Below, piece by piece: positions 9,508 through 19,119 of a stretch of DNA of 64,000 nucleotides. The notes under the pieces were generated by a model. The model ran no database searches. It was not told the DNA's origin and saw only the letters and a list, made by a program, of their open reading frames with translations. Numbering within the stretch: the first letter of the stretch is position 1; each line of letters begins with the position of its first letter. Source of the DNA: Candidatus Bathyarchaeota archaeon (GTDB lineage Archaea; Thermoproteota; Bathyarchaeia; Bathyarchaeales; Bathycorpusculaceae); contig CAWHXY010000004.1 of NCBI GenBank assembly GCA_963833575.1, positions 864,001 through 928,000 on the forward strand. The letters are read 5' to 3'. A program made the position numbers and the translations under genes.

Positions 9508-10572
9508 ATGAGTGATCCATACTTCAAAAAGAAACTTGAACCAATCCACGTTAAACAAAAAAGCATTTCACAACTTTTATCAGAAATGAGCAAAACCGCT
9601 TACCAAGGACGCAAGCTTGGCGAAGCAGTTGATGTTTGGGAAAACATGCTTAAAGAAAAAAATCTCACCATAGCTATGGGCTTTGCCGGTTCCATGAGCA
9701 CAGCAGGGCAATGGACAATTATTAATTGGCTTATAGAAAATCGCTTCATCGATGTTCTGGTTTCCACGGGCGCGAACGTTTCCGAAGACATTGTGGATGC
9801 CATGGGCTTAGGCTACTATCAAGGTAGCCACATGGTAAACGACGAGCAACTTCTCCAAGATGACGTCAACCGATACTACGACGTTTACGGAAAAGAAACA
9901 GACTACCGTAAAATGGAAGAAGTCGTCACCGACTTCGTAATGACATGCAAAGAAGATTACAATTACACTTCAGCAGAATTCCTCTACGGACTTGGCAAAT
10001 ACTTGGGAAAGAAAAAGATTCCTGCAATCTCCGCAGTTGCAGCAGCAAATGGCGTTCCAATTTTCAGCCCAGCAATGGTTGACAGCGCATACGGTGAAAC
10101 CTTCCTCTTAGCCAAAAACCAAGGCCATAACGTCCACATCGACAGTGTCAAAGAATTCGACCAATTCGTTAGCATAGGCACAAAAACCAAAGAAGTCGGT
10201 GTAGTCTACATTGGTGGCGGCGTCCCCAAAGATTTAACCCAACTCATCGCCATCTCAGTTTCACCATTCACCTGTGATGAAGGAGTAAAAGGCAGAAAAG
10301 GTGGCCTGCGCAAAGGTCTACAAGAATACTACTACCCCCACAAATACGCCATACAAATAACCACAGATTCACCACAATGGGGAGGCTTAAGTGGATGCAC
10401 ACTGGAAGAAGCAATCAGCTGGGGCAAAATAAACAGCAAGGAAGGTACAAGAGCAGTATGCTACTGCGACGCCACAATCGCACTGCCACTAATAGCCCAC
10501 GCACTATGCGAAAGAGTGCCAGAAAAACGCAAAGGGCCAGATATGAGCTGGCTCTTCAATGGCGTCCAATAA
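9508..10572 (+). CDS. Deoxyhypusine-synthase-like protein (non-canonical / homospermidine-synthase-like)
   Basis: STGAN, GGGVPKD, DSPQWGGLSGCTLEEAISWGK. Confidence 0.85.
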   Translation: MSDPYFKKKLEPIHVKQKSISQLLSEMSKTAYQGRKLGEAVDVWENMLKEKNLTIAMGFAGSMSTAGQWTIINWLIENRFIDVLVSTGANVSEDIVDAMGLGYYQGSHMVNDEQLLQDDVNRYYDVYGKETDYRKMEEVVTDFVMTCKEDYNYTSAEFLYGLGKYLGKKKIPAISAVAAANGVPIFSPAMVDSAYGETFLLAKNQGHNVHIDSVKEFDQFVSIGTKTKEVGVVYIGGGVPKDLTQLIAISVSPFTCDEGVKGRKGGLRKGLQEYYYPHKYAIQITTDSPQWGGLSGCTLEEAISWGKINSKEGTRAVCYCDATIALPLIAHALCERVPEKRKGPDMSWLFNGVQ

Positions 10573-10607
10573 AACGCCCCTTTACTTTTTTGTTTTTCTC
10601 TGCAATG

Positions 10608-11579
10608 TTAAGGTTTTTTCTTTTTGCCCAGCCTGTCAAGGAGTGCGCTTGTCATTATTGGCATTATTACTGTGGCGTCGCCTTCTATCATTATGCGTTT
10701 GGCTTTTTCGTTGATTTTTCCCCACGAAACGGCTTCTCTGGGGCGTGCGCCGCTGAGGCTTCCATCCCACTCGTCTGCTGTGGTTATGTAGACGACGTAG
10801 TCTAAGCCGTCTTTGAATTGGTTCCACCAAATCGTATGATGCTTGCTGATACCTCCGCCAACGATCAGGGCGCCGCTTTTCTTAGCGTCGAAAACGATGT
10901 TGTTTAGGTCGCCTTCGTCTTTTAACAGGTTAATTCTGAAGTCGTGATGGTCTTGGCTGAAGAACCAGAGTTGGTAACCTACTGATCCATCAGTTATGCC
11001 TGGTACGAAGATGGGAATGTTGTTTTTGGCTGCCCAATAAAGAATCGAGCTCTCATTGCAACAGCGTAATCCAATTTCGCGGCACAGCTCAGTGGTGGAG
11101 AGTTCCCTTTTGCCTTCCTTGTATAGTTCTTCAAGAAGCCCGAGGATTTTCTTTTCTATAATTATGCCGTAGCTGTCATTTGGGACAAGTACGTTTCCCA
11201 GGCGGTTTAGGCCTTCTTGGTGAAGTTTGGAATCGTTCATGATGAAGCTGCCTTTATAGTAGTCTTTCCAGCTGCGTGCAACGTCGTGATCAAGCGTCCC
11301 ACATGTGGTGATTACGACATCAACTAGTCTGCGTTTCACTAGTTCTTTGATAACGCCTCGTGTCCCAGTAGCCACTATGTCGGCGGTGAATGAGAGAAAC
11401 TTTACGCAGCCTTTGGCTTTTATCATGGATTCCATGATGCTGACGCCTGTTGAGAGCTTTCCTGCCGTGAAACCCCACGCCTTATCCATTTGCCCAACAA
11501 GTTTATTTACCGTCATTTTTTCAGTAAACTGATAATCTTCAACTGGTACCTTATGTGCCTCTGTTTCTTTATGCGCCAT
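10608..11579 (-). CDS. dys: Deoxyhypusine synthase (canonical archaeal type)
   Basis: GGGISKHH, DGSLSGARPREAVSWGK, NRLGN. Confidence 0.92.
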   Translation of the reverse strand: MAHKETEAHKVPVEDYQFTEKMTVNKLVGQMDKAWGFTAGKLSTGVSIMESMIKAKGCVKFLSFTADIVATGTRGVIKELVKRRLVDVVITTCGTLDHDVARSWKDYYKGSFIMNDSKLHQEGLNRLGNVLVPNDSYGIIIEKKILGLLEELYKEGKRELSTTELCREIGLRCCNESSILYWAAKNNIPIFVPGITDGSVGYQLWFFSQDHHDFRINLLKDEGDLNNIVFDAKKSGALIVGGGISKHHTIWWNQFKDGLDYVVYITTADEWDGSLSGARPREAVSWGKINEKAKRIMIEGDATVIMPIMTSALLDRLGKKKKP

Positions 11580-11644
11580 AACAAGTCACTCGATGCAGTT
11601 TGTTAAGAAACGTTAGGATAAATACGTGTCGAAAACGTCGGCTT

Positions 11645-12535
11645 TTATTCTGATAGGTAGGAGATGATCCGATTGTAGATGTCTTTGTCGGATGAGTCTT
11701 CGTATCCGGCGTAAATGCTTGGGTTATCGTTAACTTCTACTACAACGTAGTTGCCGTTTACTTCTTTGATGTCAACGCCGTAGAGTCCTTTTCCGACAAC
11801 GCTGCATGCTTTCAAAGCTACTTCTCTAAGTCTAGCAGGCAACTCTTTTTTGTGGAGGCTTACTGTTCTGCCCCATATCACTGTTGGTTTTCCGCGGAGT
11901 TTGGCGCCATGTTTCCATTTGCCTTTTGGAATCATGTATTTGCACACGTACAGTATGTCATTGTTTAGTACGCCGACTCTCCAGTCAAACGCTGTTGGCG
12001 TAAACTGTTGAATTGCCAAAACATCAGATTTCTTAAAGAACCGTTTCGCTACATCTCTGAAACTTGTTTCGCAAGCAGCCTTTTCTACGTAGCGTGAGAA
12101 GCTTGTATAAGGTGCTTTTATGACAACTGGTTTTCCAAGTTCGTCGAATATGTCGCTAATTTTCTTGTGGTGCAGTTCGTCTTTGTTTAGGAAAACGGTG
12201 GGTATGTGTGGAACGTTGAACTTTTCGAATAAAGCGTATTGGTGGATTTTGTTGCCGCAGATTGTTATGGATTCAGGATCATCAATGACTTTTAACCCTA
12301 GTTCCCATGCTGTTTTGGAAACCACATAGGCCGTATTCAAAGGGTCGGTTGTTGCCCTGATGAAGACAGAATCATATTTTGGGACGTCAGAGATGTTTTC
12401 GCGAAAAAGGAAACTAAATTCGCTCCCTTGTTTTTCTGCGGCTGACTTGAAGTTTTGGAGTGCGCCTTCTTCTCGGGGATCAGTAAAATTATATTTCTCA
12501 ACAAAGCATGCGATCTTAGACACCGAAGTGTTCAC
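11645..12535 (-). CDS. RimK-family ATP-grasp ligase
   Basis: PVVIKAPYTSFS, QQFTPTAFDWRVGVL, GLYGVDIK, VEVNDNPS; the start may be GTG 12523. Confidence 0.9.
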   Translation of the reverse strand: MNTSVSKIACFVEKYNFTDPREEGALQNFKSAAEKQGSEFSFLFRENISDVPKYDSVFIRATTDPLNTAYVVSKTAWELGLKVIDDPESITICGNKIHQYALFEKFNVPHIPTVFLNKDELHHKKISDIFDELGKPVVIKAPYTSFSRYVEKAACETSFRDVAKRFFKKSDVLAIQQFTPTAFDWRVGVLNNDILYVCKYMIPKGKWKHGAKLRGKPTVIWGRTVSLHKKELPARLREVALKACSVVGKGLYGVDIKEVNGNYVVVEVNDNPSIYAGYEDSSDKDIYNRIISYLSE

Positions 12536-13217
12536 CCTGCTCAGAAATGAGCATGACCTCTTTGGAGATCTGTTGCAAGTCTATCTCTGAAAGCTCCTCT
12601 TTGCTTACGGGTTGCAATCCACACAAATAAGCTTTATCTACTGTTTTTTGTATATGCAAATTGCAAACTGGAATCTTGAATGTTTCAAATACACGTTTTG
12701 CAATTTCCTGTGTCTGCGAATCTTGATTTGTTGTTTTCCCGAAGAATGATTTGATGGTGATAAGCTCACCTTTAAGCGGTTGGGCACAAACGGCGAATTT
12801 GTAGTTCATTCCTAGACTTTTCATGCCTCGATAAAGCGCGCTTTTATTATTGGCGATTTTGTAGCCGTCGTAAATGAATGGGTTTACTGCAAAAAGAATG
12901 ACGGGATAGCCAAGTTCAGCAGTTATTTTTCTAACGGAATCTGTGACGAGAAACGGTAAGGTTGGAACTCCAGCTCTTGCTGCTCTCAAAATTAGAATAG
13001 GAGTTCTGCTTGAATCAATAATGTTTTCACATGATGGAATTACTTGGTTGCCGAGAATTTCGGCATGCATCGAGACGTAATAGCCTGTTTTCATGTATCG
13101 GTATTCGTTGTTAATGTTGATAGTGGTTTCTTTGAGTGTGGAATCTAAAAACGTTGCGGGCTTCATTATTTGCATATTGGTTGTTAGGTCGATGTTTGAG
13201 ACGACCAACACGGTCAT
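12516..13217 (-). CDS. RimK-like ATP-grasp N-terminal (RLAN) domain protein
   Basis: ININNEYRYMKTGYYVSMHAEILGNQVIPS matches the RLAN signature; overlaps the ATP-grasp gene. Confidence 0.8.
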   Translation of the reverse strand: MTVLVVSNIDLTTNMQIMKPATFLDSTLKETTININNEYRYMKTGYYVSMHAEILGNQVIPSCENIIDSSRTPILILRAARAGVPTLPFLVTDSVRKITAELGYPVILFAVNPFIYDGYKIANNKSALYRGMKSLGMNYKFAVCAQPLKGELITIKSFFGKTTNQDSQTQEIAKRVFETFKIPVCNLHIQKTVDKAYLCGLQPVSKEELSEIDLQQISKEVMLISEQGEHFGV

Positions 13218-13324
13218 GAGACACCAGGTTGCTTAAAACCCGATATTGGTGCAGTTATATTTAAGATTAACTATGACATATTTATGCCAAAAATCGAAGG
13301 TTAAAATATAAGAGGTAAAATCCT

Positions 13325-14512
13325 ACGTTTAAACCGCTTGAAGTCTTAGGGCCAGAACATGAATTTTCTCTCGTTAACCCAGAGCTAAAAGTTCTGCCAA
13401 TCTCAGACAAAATTATAAAAGACTACTGCGGAAAAATCGTCAACTTTGTTGAGTTGACGTCTTTCACATTTGGGAAAGAACTGCAAATGCATGTCATGGA
13501 GGTAAAAGCAAACTCGCCTTTCAAATCCCCTGTGGAATTTGAAGAAACAATGCAACAGGCAGTCACAACCTTAAACCAAATTGTACAGAAACGTGGCGCC
13601 AAACTTCTCGGAACTGGAATGCATCCTTTACTTAAACTAGAAGACACCGCCATCTGGCCTCATTACCACAAAAAAATCTACTGCGAATACGGCAAAATCT
13701 TCAACCTAAATCAGCATGGATGGCTAAACATACAAAGCTTTCACTTAAATCTCCCGTACCAAAAAGAACCCGACGGCGTTCAAATCCATAATCTGCTTGC
13801 TAATTTGAGTGCATATCTACCTGCTATTGCTTCTTCCTCGCCAATTTATGAATGCAAAAATGGACCCGACATCGATAACCGACTTCAATTCTACAGGGTA
13901 AACCAGAAAGAAATTCCGTCAATAACTGGCGAAGTTATCCCAGAATACGTCACTTCATTTAGCCAGTACAAACATGACGTTATCGAACGATACTCAGAGG
14001 ACTTAGCTAAATCCGGGGCAAGCAAAACCTTGCTGAATCGGGAATGGGTTAATTCAAGAGGCGTAATTTTCCGTTTTGACCGTTGTGCTCTTGAAGTACG
14101 AGTGATGGATGAGCAAGAATGCATTAAGTCTGATGTTGCTTTGAGCTGTTTTGTACGGGCTACCCTCAGAGGATTAATCGCTTTAAAGGCTGAGCTTTCT
14201 CCACATGACTTGATAGTTAAAGACTTCAACATAATAGTTAAGGAAGGATTAGACGCTCAGGTTTCAAGCTCTTACGGCAAGACAGCAAGGCAGGTTTGCC
14301 AACATTTCCTACACTTGGCTTGTGAATTCGCAAATGACGATGAAAAAAAGTATTTGTGGATTATAAAGAAAAGACTAGAAAACGGCAGCCTATCAGAAAT
14401 TGTGCGAAATCGCGTCTTGAGGCGAGCAGAAAAAACCGATTTCCACGAAGCAATCATAAATGTCTTTTCAACGCTTATTAAGTGCCTCTCCGATAATGAA
14501 CCCTACTTCTAA
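13325..14512 (+). CDS. Glutamate--cysteine ligase family 2 (GCS2/YbdK-like) carboxylate-amine ligase
   Basis: LGPEHEFSLV (upstream of the track start at 13454), ELQMHVME, GTGMHP, QSFHLN, ASSSP, FRFDRCALEVRVMDEQ; start codon uncertain. Confidence 0.85.
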   Translation, partial: TFKPLEVLGPEHEFSLVNPELKVLPISDKIIKDYCGKIVNFVELTSFTFGKELQMHVMEVKANSPFKSPVEFEETMQQAVTTLNQIVQKRGAKLLGTGMHPLLKLEDTAIWPHYHKKIYCEYGKIFNLNQHGWLNIQSFHLNLPYQKEPDGVQIHNLLANLSAYLPAIASSSPIYECKNGPDIDNRLQFYRVNQKEIPSITGEVIPEYVTSFSQYKHDVIERYSEDLAKSGASKTLLNREWVNSRGVIFRFDRCALEVRVMDEQECIKSDVALSCFVRATLRGLIALKAELSPHDLIVKDFNIIVKEGLDAQVSSSYGKTARQVCQHFLHLACEFANDDEKKYLWIIKKRLENGSLSEIVRNRVLRRAEKTDFHEAIINVFSTLIKCLSDNEPYF

Positions 14513-14529
14513 AAAATGGCGAAATCGCA

Positions 14530-15081
14530 ATGCCTGAAGACAACGAAGGAGCAACTTTCTCATTTGATGTATGTAGCCAGTGCAAAAGCATCTGTTGTCA
14601 AGACGCAAAACCACCGCTAACTGAAAACCGAAAAAAAATCGTAGAAAAATATCTAAGAGAACAGAAAATTAACATTGAAAAACCATTCGCAAAAGAAGAT
14701 TATTCTTATCCAGCTGTTGATGAACTTGTTTTTTGTAGGCTGTTCAATAAGAAAACTGGTAAATGTTCGGTGCACGTTGTCAAGCCTGAAACCTGCGTGG
14801 CGGGACCAGTTACTTTTGACATTAACTTTTCAACAAAGAAAGTTGAGTGGTTTCTTAAGAAATCGGAACTTTGCGCTTTTGCCGGAATACTGTATAGGGA
14901 CAAAGCTGCTTTCAAACAACATTTGGAAGCGGCTAAGAAAGAATTAACTGAGCTTATTTGTCAATTAGACGCCGAAGAGTTACGGGCGATTGTGAGAATT
15001 GCTGAGCCTCTAACATTCAAAGTTGGCGAAGATGACTTGCCTTTAGGCGTAAAGAAAAAACTTGGGTTAGTAACGGCTTAA
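14530..15081 (+). CDS. YkgJ/CxxCxxCC family cysteine-cluster protein
   Basis: CSQCKSICC ... C.L....GKCSVH..KPETC. Confidence 0.82.
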   Translation: MPEDNEGATFSFDVCSQCKSICCQDAKPPLTENRKKIVEKYLREQKINIEKPFAKEDYSYPAVDELVFCRLFNKKTGKCSVHVVKPETCVAGPVTFDINFSTKKVEWFLKKSELCAFAGILYRDKAAFKQHLEAAKKELTELICQLDAEELRAIVRIAEPLTFKVGEDDLPLGVKKKLGLVTA

Positions 15082-15419
15082 AGTAATCCTGCATCCCTCA
15101 ATTTTAGAGCTAAACTTATGTCACCATTAAAACGGATTCTTCCTGTAAAAAAAGCCTTTTCCGTGCTTAATTTTCCATTTAACATGTCCATGAAGTCATT
15201 TTCCGAAACCCTGATCGATAATGAGGCTGATGGATTAGTTCCTTCTGTCACTTGCAGTTTCTGGTTTTTTATGATTATTACCCAGTTTTGTTCCTTTTGT
15301 CCGCCGCTTAAGCTCAATTGAATTACCGTATCGATGCCTGCTGCTTTGTCCGGTTTGAATCTTGCGGGAAGCTGTTTCTCGAAAAATTCCTCAGGATTTT
15401 TGACTTCCATCATGTTCAA
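15078..15419 (-). CDS. SCP2 sterol/lipid-binding domain protein
   Basis: DFMDMLNGKLSTEKAFFTGRIRFNGDISLALKL. Confidence 0.88.
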   Translation of the reverse strand: MNMMEVKNPEEFFEKQLPARFKPDKAAGIDTVIQLSLSGGQKEQNWVIIIKNQKLQVTEGTNPSASLSIRVSENDFMDMLNGKLSTEKAFFTGRIRFNGDISLALKLRDAGLL

Positions 15420-15471
15420 CTCGTGTTTTCAGGTAAGTTACACACTTGAGCTATTGAACTTTGTTGAAAAA

Positions 15472-16230
15472 TTATCTGAAGAGGTCTTTTTCTTTGGCTC
15501 TAATAAGTTCGGTAGTTGATGCGCCCTCAGTTGTTTGGTACTTGTATCCTCGAATGATAGCAACAGGTATTCCCTCGTTGGCTTGTCCAATCACAAGTTC
15601 CGCTGCCGAAGATAATTCATCGGCAATGGCGGTTTGTTTTATTCGAAGAACGTATCCAAAGAGATCTTTTTCTCCACGTCTATCCCTAATTGGTTTAATT
15701 CCTGCAACACCAACTGCCACGTTTATTTCTCCTAAACGTAGAGGTCTTCCATGAGTATCAGAAATGATTACTGCAACGGTGGCTCCGGTTAACCGTTTTA
15801 TTCCCCGTCTTATGTTTTGTGCAGAAACGTTTGGGTTTTTTGGCAATGGTACCACGTTGCGGTCGCCTGAAACATTTGACCTGTCAATTCCAGCATTTGC
15901 ACAAATTATTCCGTTTTTAGTCTCCGTTATAATGCTGTTTTGTCCCAATCGCACTATTTCTTTAGTTTCTCTAAGAATGACCTCGACTAGAGCAGGCTCT
16001 TTGTTAGTTTCTTCTGCTAACTCCATTGCTCTCTCAGAAGGAGTCACTTTGTCAAGGTCGATAATGTTTCCTTCAGCTTTTGAAACTACCACATGAGTAA
16101 CAACTAATATGTCGTTTTCCATTAGTGGTGTACCCTGTTTTTCTGTAGCGTTTGAAATGAGCTCTGCTAAATTATCTCCATCTTTTATTAGCGGTAGATT
16201 TTCAACAGCAATTATCTTTATAATATCCAT
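15472..16230 (-). CDS. cofE: Coenzyme F420-0:L-glutamate ligase
   Basis: VVSKAEG, ANAGIDRSN, ISDTHGRPLRLG, ADELSSAAELVIG, DLFR. Confidence 0.95.
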   Translation of the reverse strand: MDIIKIIAVENLPLIKDGDNLAELISNATEKQGTPLMENDILVVTHVVVSKAEGNIIDLDKVTPSERAMELAEETNKEPALVEVILRETKEIVRLGQNSIITETKNGIICANAGIDRSNVSGDRNVVPLPKNPNVSAQNIRRGIKRLTGATVAVIISDTHGRPLRLGEINVAVGVAGIKPIRDRRGEKDLFGYVLRIKQTAIADELSSAAELVIGQANEGIPVAIIRGYKYQTTEGASTTELIRAKEKDLFR

Positions 16231-16396
16231 TTTTGTGCTTCCTTCTGAATTAAAGAGGCTACGGGAAAATCACTTTAAAGCTTATCTGTTCAGCTATTCG
16301 TTACTGGTGTCCAAAATTAGGTAAATACTGACAAGTTTTAAGAACTACTTACGGCTACATACAATAGTTGTCTGTTTTCTAATTGGTGTTTAATGG

Positions 16397-19063
16397 ATGG
16401 GCATCGAGAAACTTGAGAATTTATTCAATCCTAAACGAATAGCAGTTATCGGTGCAAGCGACAGAGAAGGTTCCATAGGCGCGAAAATTTTAGGAAATCT
16501 AATTGGAGTCGGTTATAAAGGCGCGGTTTTCCCCGTAAATGCATTTAGAGACACTGTACACGGAATAACCGCTTATCCAAGCATTTGCAAAATCCATCGT
16601 TTAATCGATCTAGCGATAATTGCCGTTCCAGCCCATACTGTGCCACAGATCGTTGAAGAATGTGGTGAAGCTGGCGTTTCTGGAATCATAATCTGCTCCG
16701 CCGGTTTTAGAGAAGTTGGTGAAGAAGGCGTTCTACTCGAAAGGAAAATCCTTGAAAGCCAAAAGAAATACGGAATGCGGATTATTGGTCCCAACAGTTT
16801 CGGAATCATCAGACCCAAAGCAAATCTTTATGCTACATTTGCAGATGAAAAAGCAGTTTCTGGAAAAATCGCTTTCATATCCCAAAGTGGGGCTTTGTGT
16901 GCTTCGGCGCTTGATTGGGCGTCTGAAGCTCAAGTTGGATTCAGCGCCGTTGTGTCTACCGGTTCAATGCTTGATGTTGATTTAGGTGACTTAATAGATT
17001 ATTTTGGAGCTGATGCTCAAACTAAAAGTATTGTTTTGTATGTTGAGTCAATTAAGAACGCCAGGAAATTTATGAGTGCTGCACGTGGCTTTGCCAGAAC
17101 CAAACCTATTGTGGTTGTTAAAGCTGGACGTTTTCAGGAGAGTGTCATTCCAACCCTGTCTCATAGTGGTTCTTTAGGCGGGGAAGATGCAGTTTATGAC
17201 TCAGCTTTTAGACGTGCCGGAGTAGTCAGAGTCGAAAGCATGATTGATCTGTTTAATTGTGCCGAAGCATTAGCTATGCAGCCAAATCCTACAGGACCTA
17301 ATTTGACCATTATTACCAATGCAGGAGGCCCAGGTATTATGGCTACTGACCAGCTTATCGACAAAGGTGGAAAGCTATCGCCGCTAAGTCAGGAAACTAT
17401 ACAATCTTTAAAAAATATACTGCCTTCCTACTGTAACACAACAAATCCAATTGATATTTTTGAGGAAGCAACGGCGGCAAGGTTCAAGGATGTTATGAAC
17501 GTTTGTTTGAAAGATCCAAACAGTAATGGTTTTCTTTTGATCTATGCTCCTCAAGCAGCATCAGATCCGTCGGCCTTAGCGAATGCAGTTGTAGAATTGT
17601 CGCACCAAACGCAAAAGCCAATACTCACCTGTTTAATGGGCCAAGACTCGAGATGTGGTGAAGCTCGTAGGTTTCTTCAAAAAAGCGGTATTCCAAATTT
17701 TCCGACTCCTGAACAAGCTGTGTCAACTTTCATGTATATGTACCGTTACACCCAAGATTTGGAACTTCTTTATCAAACACCTGAAGAGATTTCTGAAGAG
17801 CCAGCAAATTCAAAAGTACTAAAATCCATTTTAAAGCAAGCTTATCAACAAGGGCACCAGGTCCTTGGGTTAGTTGACTCTCTCAGATTTTTAGAAGCCT
17901 ACAAAATACCCGCCATCAAGACTTTGGTAGCGAAAACCTCAGATGAAGCTGAAGTTTTAGCTTCTAAAATGGGGTTTCCTGTAGTAATGAAAGTCTTGTC
18001 TCCGCAGGTTACTCATAAATCCAGAATCGCAGGGGTTATCCTCAACATATGCTCTAATGAGGCCGTTCATAATTGCTTTGATGAATTATCTGAAAAAGTG
18101 AAGCAACTAAGTAATAGCACTGAATTTGAAGGCGTTGCAATACAGCCTATGATCTGCAAAAAAAGTTACGAATTGTTAATCGGATCCAAAAAAGATCTTC
18201 AATTCGGTTCTGTCGTAATTTTTGGTAGGGGTGGAACAGATGCCGAGTTACTTAAGGACGTTAGTATAGGTTTCCCACCTTTGAATCAGGTGCTTGCAAG
18301 AAGACTAATTGAGGATACTAATGTCTACAAGTATGCGGCGTTGTCAGATTTTCCATTAAACGTTAAAGCAATTGAAGAAACCTTGGTGAAGTTTTCTCAG
18401 CTAATTATTGATTTTCCAGAAGTCAAAGAAATAGACATAAACCCTTTGATTGTGGATAAAAATAGCGTTGTTGCGGTAGATGCACGCATCGTTATGGATA
18501 TGGATCGTATAACTCAACGAGTTAGGTCTTATGAACATCTTGTCATCGCTCCTTATCCAAGTAAGTATAAATCTAGTTGGAAAGCCAAAAATGGAGTGGT
18601 ACTTCAGTTGCGGGCAATAAAACCTGAAGATGAAGATAGATTCAATGAACTTTTCAAATCTCTTTCTCCACAAACAATGCATTTCCGCTTCTTTGAGATA
18701 ATAAAAGAGCTTTCTCATGAAACATTGACACGATACTGTAATTTAGATTATGATAGAGAAATTGCTGTAGTAGCCGAAATTCCAGAGAGCAGACAAATCA
18801 TTGGCGTAGCCCGATTAATAGTAGATGCCACTGGAAAAAGCGGCGAATACGCTGTCTTAATTGGAGACGACTGGCAAGGCTTTGGGGTAGGTGGCAAACT
18901 GATGGATTATCTAATAAAAATAGCTAAGGACAAGAATTTAGAGAAAATTTATGGTTACGTCATGGCGGATAACACTAAAATGGTAAACCTTTGCAATAGA
19001 CTTGGATTCGTAACTGGAACTCTTGATTCTGAGACCTTAATTACATCCTTAATTATATCGTAA
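16397..19063 (+). CDS. Acetate--CoA ligase (ADP-forming)-like protein fused to a C-terminal GNAT (Pat/YfiQ architecture)
   Basis: AVIGAS, GPNSFG, SQSGAL, SHSGSL, TNAGG, ATP-grasp domain (EIDINPL), GNAT motif WQGFGVGGKL. Confidence 0.9.
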   Translation: MGIEKLENLFNPKRIAVIGASDREGSIGAKILGNLIGVGYKGAVFPVNAFRDTVHGITAYPSICKIHRLIDLAIIAVPAHTVPQIVEECGEAGVSGIIICSAGFREVGEEGVLLERKILESQKKYGMRIIGPNSFGIIRPKANLYATFADEKAVSGKIAFISQSGALCASALDWASEAQVGFSAVVSTGSMLDVDLGDLIDYFGADAQTKSIVLYVESIKNARKFMSAARGFARTKPIVVVKAGRFQESVIPTLSHSGSLGGEDAVYDSAFRRAGVVRVESMIDLFNCAEALAMQPNPTGPNLTIITNAGGPGIMATDQLIDKGGKLSPLSQETIQSLKNILPSYCNTTNPIDIFEEATAARFKDVMNVCLKDPNSNGFLLIYAPQAASDPSALANAVVELSHQTQKPILTCLMGQDSRCGEARRFLQKSGIPNFPTPEQAVSTFMYMYRYTQDLELLYQTPEEISEEPANSKVLKSILKQAYQQGHQVLGLVDSLRFLEAYKIPAIKTLVAKTSDEAEVLASKMGFPVVMKVLSPQVTHKSRIAGVILNICSNEAVHNCFDELSEKVKQLSNSTEFEGVAIQPMICKKSYELLIGSKKDLQFGSVVIFGRGGTDAELLKDVSIGFPPLNQVLARRLIEDTNVYKYAALSDFPLNVKAIEETLVKFSQLIIDFPEVKEIDINPLIVDKNSVVAVDARIVMDMDRITQRVRSYEHLVIAPYPSKYKSSWKAKNGVVLQLRAIKPEDEDRFNELFKSLSPQTMHFRFFEIIKELSHETLTRYCNLDYDREIAVVAEIPESRQIIGVARLIVDATGKSGEYAVLIGDDWQGFGVGGKLMDYLIKIAKDKNLEKIYGYVMADNTKMVNLCNRLGFVTGTLDSETLITSLIIS

Positions 19064-19119
19064 ACGACATCTTTTTAAACACAACTTGCGATTACTTTTG
19101 TTTTAGGAGCGAACCATGT

